The notes under the pieces were generated by a model. That model was not told where the DNA came from. It made no database searches and worked only from the letters and a program-made list of their open reading frames with translations. From positions 1-41,288 of the IMG/VR virus record IMGVR_UViG_3300023171_000003: a stretch of 41,288 nucleotides of DNA; one strand, given 5' to 3'. A program made the translations under genes and the position numbers. Positions within the stretch are counted from its first letter, which is position 1, and the number at the start of each line of letters is the position of its first letter. The stretch comes from a virus. Positions 33,503 through 41,203 of this stretch are shown here, piece after piece.

Positions 33503-33919
33503 ATGAACTTCGAAAAACTCAAGGCGCAGCTACTCATAGATGAAGGCAAGCGCTCGCGAATCTATACCGATACCGTTGGTAAGGTAACAGGTGGCGTGGG
33601 TCGTAACCTGACAGACCGACCGTTCAGCGAAGACGAAATCACGCTGATGCTTGAGAATGACATTGCCCTTGCCGCAAGCGAGCTTGACCGCGTAGCCCCA
33701 TGGTGGAAGACATTGAACGATGCGCGGCAGAACGTCATGGCGAATCTTTGCTTCAATCTCGGTGCTCCGCGCCTACTCGGATTCAAGAACTTCCTAAGCT
33801 ATGCACAAGCCGGCCGCTTTGATGCCGCTGCTGCTGAGCTACTGAACAGCAAATGGGCTGTACAAGTTGGGCAGCGTGCGCAGCGCCTTGCTAAAGTTAT
33901 GCGCGAAGGAGAATTCTGA
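33503..33919 (+). CDS. Endolysin, T4-type lysozyme (GH24)
   Basis: LLIDEGKRSRIYTDTVGKVTGGVGRNL matches T4 lysozyme [27 protein letters not shown], including the catalytic E, D and T. Confidence 0.85.
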   Translation: MNFEKLKAQLLIDEGKRSRIYTDTVGKVTGGVGRNLTDRPFSEDEITLMLENDIALAASELDRVAPWWKTLNDARQNVMANLCFNLGAPRLLGFKNFLSYAQAGRFDAAAAELLNSKWAVQVGQRAQRLAKVMREGEF

Positions 33920-34329
33920 TGTGGCCGACCCTTATCCCATTACTGGGAAACATTCTTGACAAGTTTTTCCCAGATCCTGCTGCTGCCAACGATGCTAAGC
34001 TGAAGCTGATGCAGATGGCGCAAAACGGCGAGCTCGCACAACTCGATGCTGACCTGAAACTAGCAACTGGTCAGATGGAAGTGAATAAGGTTGAGGCTGC
34101 CAGCACATCTCTCTTTGTAGCGGGATGGAGGCCAGCAATAGGCTGGATCTGCGGCGCTGCATTCGCTTTCAAGTTCGTTGTCGGGCCTTCTGCTGTAGTA
34201 CTTATGGCGATGGCCGGCCATCCAATTACGCTGCCTGAATTCGACTTCACCGAAATGAGTACGATCCTGCTTGGAATGCTGGGCCTTGGTGGCCTTCGAA
34301 CAGTGGAGAAGGTAAAAGGTGTAGCGTAA
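33919..34329 (+). CDS. Three-TM holin-like protein (GTA-type 'holin of 3TMs' pattern)
   Basis: N-terminal ILDKFFPDPAAANDAKLKL...NKVEAASTSLFVAGWRPAIGWIC pattern with C-terminal TM helices. Confidence 0.5.
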   Translation: MWPTLIPLLGNILDKFFPDPAAANDAKLKLMQMAQNGELAQLDADLKLATGQMEVNKVEAASTSLFVAGWRPAIGWICGAAFAFKFVVGPSAVVLMAMAGHPITLPEFDFTEMSTILLGMLGLGGLRTVEKVKGVA

Positions 34330-34353
34330 AAAAAGCCCGCGTAACAGCGGGCT
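34328..34353. terminator. Convergent-operon terminator hairpin (strong on the minus strand, weaker on the plus strand)
   Basis: AAAAAAA-GCCCGC-GTAACA-GCGGGC-TTCCC; read on the minus strand the stem is followed by a U7 tract. Confidence 0.65.
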
Positions 34354-34372
34354 TCCCATGTAAAGCGCCGGC

Positions 34373-34792
34373 TCAACGACGCGATACCGCCTGCACCTGG
34401 CTTTGACGTTCGCAGCCGTCCGGGATCACTTCCGCTGCGCCAATCACCCAGTCGATCATGCTTGCCGAATTTTGGCAGTCTACCTTTATGGAGCCTTTGA
34501 GGTTGATAGCTTTGTTTTGCGCGTACCACGCATAGCCCTTGAAAGCTTCCGAGCCAGTGATAGCCGATGGGTTGACCAGTTTTACTGCGTGAACGACGCC
34601 GCGCGCATCGGTGATGGTCTGCGCGCCGGGCGTGACATCGATATAGCGGGCGGTGCTGATGTCCATGGTGGAGCCAGGACCGGTGACGACGCTGGAGTTT
34701 GCGAGTGCCTGGGCCTGCGCGCCACCGCAAGCAGCGAGAACGACGGAAGCGGCCAGCAGGTCGGCAGCGAATTTCATGGTGCGTTTGAACAT
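34373..34792 (-). CDS. Lipoprotein (139 aa), moron-like terminal gene of the leftward operon
   Basis: GAAGGAG RBS; signal peptide with lipobox LAAC (MFKRTMKFAADLLAASVVLAAC-GG). Confidence 0.7.
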   Translation of the reverse strand: MFKRTMKFAADLLAASVVLAACGGAQAQALANSSVVTGPGSTMDISTARYIDVTPGAQTITDARGVVHAVKLVNPSAITGSEAFKGYAWYAQNKAINLKGSIKVDCQNSASMIDWVIGAAEVIPDGCERQSQVQAVSRR

Positions 34793-34854
34793 GGAAATAC
34801 TCCTTCAAGTTGTACCGGGTGATCCGACCCGGCGGCGTGTTGCAAGATGGTATA

Positions 34855-35139
34855 TCAATTCTTTGGCCGCAAGTCGCTGGAGCCTTCCAGCCGCACGCTG
34901 GCGCGCTTCTCGGGCGACCAGCTATCGTACTCGGCCTGCGCGTCTGCAATCTGCTTGGCGAGGCTGCTGGGCGGCTTCGCTGCTGCAATTGCGTCAGCCA
35001 CACTTACCCGAAGGTCAGGAGGCGGTCCACAGTAAGAGTCGAATCCGCCGCCTGGAAGTGGCTTAAGCACATGCACAAATATCCTTCGTAGTTTTGGCAA
35101 CGTAAGATTTACCTCGACGGAAATCATTGTCTTCTTCAT
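34855..35139 (-). CDS. Hypothetical protein (94 aa)
   Basis: ORF in operon context; weak RBS. Confidence 0.45.
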   Translation of the reverse strand: MKKTMISVEVNLTLPKLRRIFVHVLKPLPGGGFDSYCGPPPDLRVSVADAIAAAKPPSSLAKQIADAQAEYDSWSPEKRASVRLEGSSDLRPKN

Positions 35140-35142
35140 GGC

Positions 35143-35541
35143 TTATCCCACTGGCAGTGGCCGCGCTTCGCCGCCTTTAAGAACTGCTATTACTTCATGC
35201 CTGTACAGGAACATTCCATCGGGATGATCTTCTACGCTTACGCTCCAGTGTTCTGCCTCAGTTCCTTTATAGTCTGGCCCATCAACGAAATCAGCACGGT
35301 TTATAGTCCAAGTTACTGGGCGAATCTTTTCTACGGCCGCAAGCGCCGCATCGCACCAGATATCCGGCTGCGCCAGCTTCTGCTCTGCCGCTTCCAATGC
35401 TGTCCGCAGCTCGGCGATTTCGGCGTTCTTGTACTCACCTGAAATAGATTCGACCTTCTCGCCCATTCCAGCCACCAATGTTACGCCGAAGCGATCTGCC
35501 ATGCGGTCTTTCCACGTCTTAATCGCGGTGCTGGCGCTCAT
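35143..35541 (-). CDS. Hypothetical protein (132 aa)
   Basis: ATGA overlap with the upstream gene. Confidence 0.55.
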   Translation of the reverse strand: MSASTAIKTWKDRMADRFGVTLVAGMGEKVESISGEYKNAEIAELRTALEAAEQKLAQPDIWCDAALAAVEKIRPVTWTINRADFVDGPDYKGTEAEHWSVSVEDHPDGMFLYRHEVIAVLKGGEARPLPVG

Positions 35542-36281
35542 GCTGATTCTCCAGCTGGCTTGGCGGTGAGGATGGCGCGGCCAAGGGCCACAGCTTGAGG
35601 CATGGTGCAGAACACTCCACTTTCAGCGGCAAGAGCTACGATCTGCTCATCGCTCAGCGCCGCTTGCGCATTCCCGGTTGCCCGTCGTTCGCGCTCTTGC
35701 TCCAGCAGATCGCGCGTTCCGTACACGGCCATAGTTAATGGCGGCAGTTCATCATCTGCTTGCGCATGCTGCTGTGGGGCGGCTTTTTGATGCGATTCCC
35801 ACGTTGCCATCTGCTCGGCCGACATTTCAGCAGGGCAGAACTCCAGCATCAGGCGGTCAATCTCGGCTTGCTTGGCAGCCAGTTTTGCATCAAATTCCGG
35901 CTGCATATCAGCCTCACACTCTACCCAGCCCTGCGTATTACCTTCTTCGCGTGCTGCCGCCACTGCTTGCGCGGTGTGGGCATTGATGTATTTGACAATC
36001 TCGTCTGCTTTTTTGTCTGCGTCTTCACCGGGCGTTGCGTTACCCCATGCGAACATGTAACTCCAGAACTGAGAAAATTTGCTTTCGATGCTATCCACCG
36101 TCACCGCTGGCGTTCCCGTTTGCGCGGGAATCGCCGCCCGCGCAACCTCGCTGACCACCAGCAGGTTCGACAGCTCGGCTACGCGCTGCTCGGCGGTGTT
36201 CTTGGCGGTGGCCAGGCGCTCTATCGTCTCGATCTGCGCACGGCACAGTGCCGCCCATTCTTCATTCGTTGTCGGTTCCAT
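35538..36281 (-). CDS. Hypothetical protein (247 aa)
   Basis: Internal ATG preceded by AAGGAG, 4 nt after the upstream stop. Confidence 0.55.
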   Translation of the reverse strand: MEPTTNEEWAALCRAQIETIERLATAKNTAEQRVAELSNLLVVSEVARAAIPAQTGTPAVTVDSIESKFSQFWSYMFAWGNATPGEDADKKADEIVKYINAHTAQAVAAAREEGNTQGWVECEADMQPEFDAKLAAKQAEIDRLMLEFCPAEMSAEQMATWESHQKAAPQQHAQADDELPPLTMAVYGTRDLLEQERERRATGNAQAALSDEQIVALAAESGVFCTMPQAVALGRAILTAKPAGESA

Positions 36282-36285
36282 TAGA

Positions 36286-36570
36286 TTACTCCTTGGTAGA
36301 GGTGATTGCAGCATCAATGATGTCAGTGATTGCGACAAATGCGGCCTCGGCTTGCTCGCCAGTTTGGTAATGCAAAGACACCGATCCACCAATTTCGCTT
36401 GTGTATGCGCAACCGCCTTCATAGCCGAAAGACAGCGCACCCCGCTCCACCTCTACTGGCTGCTTCTCCCGCGCAATCGCATGGTCAATCAGCGCGTCAA
36501 TCGTCTTGCGGCAGAGCAGCACTCCGTTGTCTCGGTCGCTGCGTAGTTGCATCAGTTCGGCTAGGGTCAT
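36286..36570 (-). CDS. Hypothetical protein (94 aa)
   Basis: ATGA overlap. Confidence 0.5.
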   Translation of the reverse strand: MTLAELMQLRSDRDNGVLLCRKTIDALIDHAIAREKQPVEVERGALSFGYEGGCAYTSEIGGSVSLHYQTGEQAEAAFVAITDIIDAAITSTKE

Positions 36571-36779
36571 TTCGATTCCTTTGGTATCAGTTCTAGCTGC
36601 CGCTCATCAATGGGCTTTAGCACGTAGATTAGGTTGGAATACTCACAATCTGGCAATTTTGCCAGCCTAGCCACACGCGCTACCTCGTGGCAGACCGATG
36701 AATGCTCATTCTCCCAGATACAGCCCCTACACGACTTGCCAGGGGCTGTGGTTACTTGTGTGTTAGATGGCAATGGCAT
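36567..36779 (-). CDS. Hypothetical Cys-containing protein (70 aa)
   Basis: GGAAG RBS; CRGC...C...C pattern. Confidence 0.5.
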   Translation of the reverse strand: MPLPSNTQVTTAPGKSCRGCIWENEHSSVCHEVARVARLAKLPDCEYSNLIYVLKPIDERQLELIPKESK

Positions 36780-36781
36780 GG

Positions 36782-37084
36782 CTACTTCCTAGGCCACGCA
36801 ATCGGCTTGAGTTCGGCGCGCTGAGCAGCAAGCGACTGGATTTGCATCGAAATCATCTCCATTAAATTCAGTGCGTTATGCCCAGCAGCAAGCAACCCAT
36901 CAATGTCTGCCGGCTCACCATCGTTGTCAGGCTGCATAGCCCGCAGAACCTGCGCTGCAACGCTGCCAAGCTGCCCACAGTGGATTTGTAGCTGCTTCTT
37001 ACTGTCCTCATGTGCCGACCTTACGGTTGCGTAGCTCCCGCGTGCTATAAGCATTTCTTGCGATAGGGTTGATAGGTCAATCAT
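36782..37084 (-). CDS. Hypothetical protein (100 aa)
   Basis: Internal ATG preceded by GGGGGGGAAG. Confidence 0.5.
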   Translation of the reverse strand: MIDLSTLSQEMLIARGSYATVRSAHEDSKKQLQIHCGQLGSVAAQVLRAMQPDNDGEPADIDGLLAAGHNALNLMEMISMQIQSLAAQRAELKPIAWPRK

Positions 37085-37097
37085 TTTCTTCCCCCCC

Positions 37098-37424
37098 TTA
37101 GTAAGGTACATCTTCGGACTGCTTAGGGCCACCTTGCAAAGCGACATCTTGCACGCGAATATCTTGGGCCTTGACCTTCGCGCCGTCTTTGTTCGTGTAC
37201 TCGCGCTCGGTGACTTGTCCACTTACCGTGACTTTCTGGCCCTTTGTCAGATATTGCGCCAGCGACTCGGCGCGTTTGCCGAACAGAGAGCAATTCCACC
37301 AGATAGTAGGCTTCTCGCGGCCTTGGTCGTCAGCAACGCTAAAGCCAAGAACGGCATCGCCATTAGGAAGGTGACGCAACTCAGAATCACGGCCAAGCTG
37401 GCCGGCTACACAGATGATGTTCAT
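37098..37424 (-). CDS. ssb: Single-stranded DNA-binding protein (108 aa)
   Basis: OB-fold SSB pattern MNIICVAGQLGRDSELRHLPNGDAVLGFSVA...WWNCSLFGKRAE...KGQKVTVSG with an acidic tip SEDVPY. ATGA overlap with erf. Confidence 0.75.
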   Translation of the reverse strand: MNIICVAGQLGRDSELRHLPNGDAVLGFSVADDQGREKPTIWWNCSLFGKRAESLAQYLTKGQKVTVSGQVTEREYTNKDGAKVKAQDIRVQDVALQGGPKQSEDVPY

Positions 37425-37996
37425 GCTTGCTCCATTTTCAATTTGAGTGCGTCGTAGTGGGTTTTGATTTCGGCATTGCCATGACTGGCTTTCCATGCCG
37501 CGCCAAAGGCTGTTTTGAGGCCTTCAAGCGTGTTTGCAGCGTCTAGCTGGCTCTTCAGCATGGCGATGTCAACAGGCGCTTCCTGAGGCTGCTTAGAGGC
37601 TGGCTTGCTCTGCTGAGGTTTTGGCTGCGATGCTGCATTGCCGTCGTCATCTTCAGGAGCGATACCGCAAGCCGCCATCAGCGAGTAACGGCGTGCATAG
37701 CTAAGCGCTGAACCGTAGCCCTGAGGATCTTGTTTGGAGGCCGGGACATGCAGCTTACCGCCGCGAATCGTTTCGCCTGACTCGTGGATAAACACTGTTT
37801 CGACGGTCACGCCTCTTTCGTCAAGGAACGTCTCCTGCATGACAGCAATGCCATTGTTGAGCAGAGCGTCATCTACCGCATCCAGGCAAGCGCCAAGGTC
37901 GGCATACTTCGATTTAAACGCGGGATTTGTGCGGTCTTTCAGCGCTGGGCCGAATTCCTTCTTTGCCTTGATGAAGGCAGGGGCAATCTTTTCCAT
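37421..37996 (-). CDS. erf: Erf-family single-strand annealing protein
   Basis: FKSKYADLGACLDAVDDALLNNGIAVMQ and GYGSALSYARRYSLMAACGI motifs typical of ERF recombinases. Confidence 0.75.
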   Translation of the reverse strand: MEKIAPAFIKAKKEFGPALKDRTNPAFKSKYADLGACLDAVDDALLNNGIAVMQETFLDERGVTVETVFIHESGETIRGGKLHVPASKQDPQGYGSALSYARRYSLMAACGIAPEDDDGNAASQPKPQQSKPASKQPQEAPVDIAMLKSQLDAANTLEGLKTAFGAAWKASHGNAEIKTHYDALKLKMEQA

Positions 37997-38021
37997 GAGC
38001 TATTCCTAGGTTGGTACTACA

Positions 38022-38174
38022 TCAAAATGGCAGTTCGCCACGGTCGATTTGCTGCTTGCGTTCTTGCTGCTCTCGTTCTGTGATCGTCGGCCGCCAGATA
38101 TCCGTTGGCTTTTCCTCACGCCGCGCTTTGTCTTTATCGAGGCGCTCGGCTATTTCCTCTTTGGTTGGCTTCAT
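38022..38174 (-). CDS. Small highly charged protein (50 aa)
   Basis: Hand-translated MKPTKEEIAERLDKDKARREEKPTDIWRPTITEREQQERKQQIDRGELPF; fills the gap between HNH and erf. Confidence 0.45.
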   Translation of the reverse strand: MKPTKEEIAERLDKDKARREEKPTDIWRPTITEREQQERKQQIDRGELPF

Positions 38175-38175
38175 T

Positions 38176-38823
38176 TCAAAACCCTTTCAAAAATTCTTTA
38201 ACTTGGTCCAGTGGGTCGTAACACTCTCCATCTGGTTCGGTGGGACGCCAATCTGTTTCATCCCAATTGCACTTACCTTGATTGCAAGCTCCGCAAAGTA
38301 TTTGAAGATTATCAATATCCAAAGCAAGATTTGGAAAATGCTTACGAGGCTTGATATGGTCTACATTCATTACTGCGCCGTTTTGCGGAGAATCGCCGCA
38401 GCACATGCATATTGCGCCGTAAAGTTTCAATGCTTGCATGCGCAAAGTACGCCATGCATAACTCGTCAAGAATTCAGGACTGTTCGGGTCCACGTATCGC
38501 TGCTTAGGTGGTTGAGCTGGAGGCGGCACATAAGCAGCAATTCTTGGGTAACTCACAGGACCACTTTTCCCAATGATGATATCAAGCGCAGCACTGTGAT
38601 AATGCGAAAGTGACTTGCCTTTCTTTGCACGTTTTTTAGCTTTTGCTTCCAGCCCTGCCTTAATTTTTCCCATCATGTACGGCGTAACTTCACGCGGGCC
38701 ATGCTTCGCTAGCCAACCTGGCTTAAGTGGATAAGGAATACCAAAAGCTATAGCTTCAGCTTTGGTAATAGACATAGGCACTTCTGCCTTGTATTTAGTT
38801 TGCAGGTATTGCAAAACATTCAT
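38176..38823 (-). CDS. HNH endonuclease (215 aa) with an N-terminal domain paralogous to the 4258-4533 product
   Basis: CMCCGDS...VDHIKPRKHFPNLALDIDNLQILCGACNQGK HNH motif. Start chosen by homology to the paralog's N-terminus. Confidence 0.75.
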   Translation of the reverse strand: MNVLQYLQTKYKAEVPMSITKAEAIAFGIPYPLKPGWLAKHGPREVTPYMMGKIKAGLEAKAKKRAKKGKSLSHYHSAALDIIIGKSGPVSYPRIAAYVPPPAQPPKQRYVDPNSPEFLTSYAWRTLRMQALKLYGAICMCCGDSPQNGAVMNVDHIKPRKHFPNLALDIDNLQILCGACNQGKCNWDETDWRPTEPDGECYDPLDQVKEFLKGF

Positions 38824-38913
38824 AAAAAAACCCATGTGGTCGAAACAGAGGCGGTGATCGGAAAACCAGAACGGATGACTGGCATTGCGAAACTCTGCTT
38901 CGACCACATGGGT
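38824..38913 (-). terminator. Long hairpin (15 + 5 bp stem, 42-nt loop) plus U tract abutting the HNH start codon
   Basis: 38830-38844 pairs perfectly with 38899-38913, and 38846-38850 with 38893-38897. On the minus strand a run of Ts follows, then ATG. Confidence 0.55.
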
Positions 38914-38991
38914 CTTCCGTTCTTCTCTGAAACCATCACCACAACAGAATTCAGAACACAAATCATGGCACAGAACAATGTATTGCGCAAA

Positions 38992-39066
38992 CTATTTCCT
39001 CTTCCACGCCGCCAAAACAACAGCGATGATGCAAGCCGCCCATACGTGGTAGATGATGTCAGCCAT
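38992..39066 (-). CDS. Possible 24-aa hydrophobic peptide (MADIIYHVWAACIIAVVLAAWKRK)
   Basis: ATGGCTGA overlap with the upstream stop; no SD. Confidence 0.25.
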   Translation of the reverse strand: MADIIYHVWAACIIAVVLAAWKRK

Positions 39067-39280
39067 TGAGGAGGCGGCGTAGGGCTTCGTTGTGCACGCT
39101 TTCACCATCAGGTTTAGCGCCAGTCTCGCGCTCCCAGTCGAAGAAATATCCGCACATTTCGTCGTAAACTTCATCGTACATCGCCTGATATGCTTCGCTG
39201 TCGCGCTCGTCCTTCAAGTCGCGCCGCACCTCGTCAGTCATCGGCGATACGGATACAGGGCAGTCGTCTACGATGCGCAT
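39059..39280 (-). CDS. Hypothetical acidic protein (73 aa)
   Basis: Operon context. Confidence 0.5.
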   Translation of the reverse strand: MRIVDDCPVSVSPMTDEVRRDLKDERDSEAYQAMYDEVYDEMCGYFFDWERETGAKPDGESVHNEALRRLLNG

Positions 39281-39468
39281 GTCGGCTCCATTTCAAGACG
39301 CTTCTTTGCTCGATCAATCGCATCTTGGCGCTTAATGATGAGCAGCCCCCACGGTAACAAATGGCCGGTTGAAGATTCGGCAATCTGCTTTTCAAAAGAT
39401 GCCAAATCATCTTCAGCTTCCTTGATGCCTTCCGGCGTGCGCATGTTCATCTTTTGTTTGGCGCTCAT
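39268..39468 (-). CDS. Hypothetical protein (66 aa)
   Basis: ATGA overlap. Confidence 0.5.
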   Translation of the reverse strand: MSAKQKMNMRTPEGIKEAEDDLASFEKQIAESSTGHLLPWGLLIIKRQDAIDRAKKRLEMEPTCAS

Positions 39469-40085
39469 TCCTTCGCTCCTTGCCCAGCATGAGCAGCCAG
39501 GGCAGCGACATAGGCAGCTTCCAGCACGGTGCGGATCTTGTTCTCTCCGCTGAAATCCAGTAGGTCGAGCATCGCAGGGAATTCCCCTTCATCATCCACG
39601 GCGCGGCTTTCGGCCATCGCCTTGAGCATGGCGGCGTTAGGCTTGACTGGAACTACAACGCAGCTTTCACGCTGCGTCAGCAGGTAGTCATCGTCGGGGA
39701 ACTCGATGCCGACTGCCGCCAGAGCATGAACTGCCGGCTGCAAGGTGAACGAGTCCGGCTCATATTCACCGCGAATGGTATCGCTCATCAGCAGCGCCAA
39801 TTCGTGCAGTGCTTCGATCAGCTTCGAGTCCGTCATCGCCACTACTGGCTTATGCTGAGCAGCGATAGCGGCGCGGGCGTAGTCTTTCATATCATCGGCA
39901 TCGTAGAACATCGGCAAGCCATCCTTAGAAAGCTTGTAGACAGCTTTAGGCAGCGGTGGTAGTTCTGCCGCCCCATTGGCGACTGAGGGAGCGGCGAGGC
40001 AAGCAGCCAAGCCGGATTCGTATGCGGCGGAAATTTCTTCGCAGATATCGCAGGCATCTTCGTGGTTTCCGTGTTTGCAGCTCAT
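39465..40085 (-). CDS. Hypothetical protein (206 aa)
   Basis: ATGA overlap; N-terminal CxxxxxxxCDIC. Confidence 0.55.
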   Translation of the reverse strand: MSCKHGNHEDACDICEEISAAYESGLAACLAAPSVANGAAELPPLPKAVYKLSKDGLPMFYDADDMKDYARAAIAAQHKPVVAMTDSKLIEALHELALLMSDTIRGEYEPDSFTLQPAVHALAAVGIEFPDDDYLLTQRESCVVVPVKPNAAMLKAMAESRAVDDEGEFPAMLDLLDFSGENKIRTVLEAAYVAALAAHAGQGAKE

Positions 40086-40387
40086 GCTTTTTCCTTTAAG
40101 ATAGCGGCATCAATTTTCTTGCGCAGGTCTGGGCCGTTGCCATTCGGCCCGTTATGTGAAGCCGCAAACATGTGATTCGCGCTGTGATGTGGCGCGTGAT
40201 ACACGCTGACGACTCGACGCTCTAGCCAGTCTAACCTTTCAGCATCAGCAGCGATGGATTCAATATGCTCGATAAGGGCAAGGATGGTATGCGGTCCTAT
40301 ACTGTAACTTCCGATAAACCTTAGACCGGTTTCAACAATTTTTCCTTCAACAAATGCTTTAAGTTCTTTCAATTCTTCATTTGTCAT
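40082..40387 (-). CDS. Hypothetical protein (101 aa)
   Basis: Internal ATG preceded by GGAGAAAAGC. Confidence 0.5.
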   Translation of the reverse strand: MTNEELKELKAFVEGKIVETGLRFIGSYSIGPHTILALIEHIESIAADAERLDWLERRVVSVYHAPHHSANHMFAASHNGPNGNGPDLRKKIDAAILKEKA

Positions 40388-40964
40388 GCTTTTCTCCAGT
40401 AGCGATAGCGGCGTCAAGTTGTTTGTTGATGAACTCTTGCGAATCGGTGAGGTCTATGTGCATGCGATGCGCGTTTTCGCAGAGAAATCGATACCGTTTC
40501 GCATCCCGCTCCACCTCTGCTGGCGCTGCGATGGATGGGGCAGCGGCCTTGTATGCATTGATAGCCTTTTGCAGGCGCGTACCGACTTCCTCGCCATCGC
40601 CATTTTGCCAGCCGATCCACGACTTCTCATTACAGCCAGCGTGCATTGCATCAAGCGCTGCGATCACTTCGTCGCCGAGTGCGGTATGGGATGGCTGGGT
40701 GTCGACAGGGGAAATGTAAACATGCATGCCATCGAAAACATGAAAGTCATACAGCGGCGTGAACAGGATCGAGTCATCGCCGCGCGCCAGTGTGCCGATT
40801 GGCTCCTGCTCCACGTAGTCGCGCAGCGCGCCCTCTGCCACCCCCTGCGCATCCCCGATAGCCTGCCATACGCGCTCGTCCTTGCAGTCGGCGAAGTCGA
40901 TCAGCTTCATCGCTTCAACGCAGCGGCGCAGGGCATCCATTGGTGTGATGGTTGAGCGGTTCAT
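40377..40964 (-). CDS. Hypothetical protein (195 aa)
   Basis: ATGA overlap with the upstream gene. Confidence 0.55.
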   Translation of the reverse strand: MNRSTITPMDALRRCVEAMKLIDFADCKDERVWQAIGDAQGVAEGALRDYVEQEPIGTLARGDDSILFTPLYDFHVFDGMHVYISPVDTQPSHTALGDEVIAALDAMHAGCNEKSWIGWQNGDGEEVGTRLQKAINAYKAAAPSIAAPAEVERDAKRYRFLCENAHRMHIDLTDSQEFINKQLDAAIATGEKHDK

Positions 40965-41203
40965 GCTGCGCTCGCTTTGCGCTCTTTGACGCCTTCTACA
41001 GCATCACCTACAGCCAGCTTCAAAACATCGCCAGCGCCTTCATATACCTCCGCAATGCGAGCCAGATGGCAGGCTGCTTCAATGAGCGTTTGGAGCGGCG
41101 TTGCAGGATTAGGTGCTGTAGCAATGCCGCTTTCAAAGTCGGCGGTGGTGTTACTGAGATCCGATTTCACTGCAATATTGATCTTGACTTTTTTCATTTT
41201 CAT
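40961..41203 (-). CDS. Hypothetical protein (80 aa); its 5' end lies in the terminal repeat
   Basis: The start at 41203 corresponds to position 42 of the first repeat copy, so it follows gene 66-311 on the circle. Confidence 0.5.
   Translation of the reverse strand: MKMKKVKINIAVKSDLSNTTADFESGIATAPNPATPLQTLIEAACHLARIAEVYEGAGDVLKLAVGDAVEGVKERKASAA

Noticed and set aside
34071-35003. 310-aa minus-strand ORF spanning the terminator and the lipoprotein gene in another frame
   Set aside because: It is Arg/Pro/Ser-rich, reads through the convergent terminator hairpin, and overlaps better-supported genes on both strands.
37091-37097. Homopolymeric C7 (G7 on the coding strand) between the ssb stop and the next start codon
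   Set aside because: It most simply serves as the SD (GGGGGGGAAG) of gene 36782-37084. It is too short to claim phase variation without population data.
38011-38613. 200-aa plus-strand ORF
   Set aside because: It is antisense to the HNH gene and the 50-aa ORF, and has no RBS or recognisable features.
38824-38961. 46-codon N-terminal extension of the HNH ORF (track start at 38961)
   Set aside because: The extension is the translation of a 20-bp palindromic hairpin. Homology with the 4258-4533 product begins exactly at the Met at 38823.
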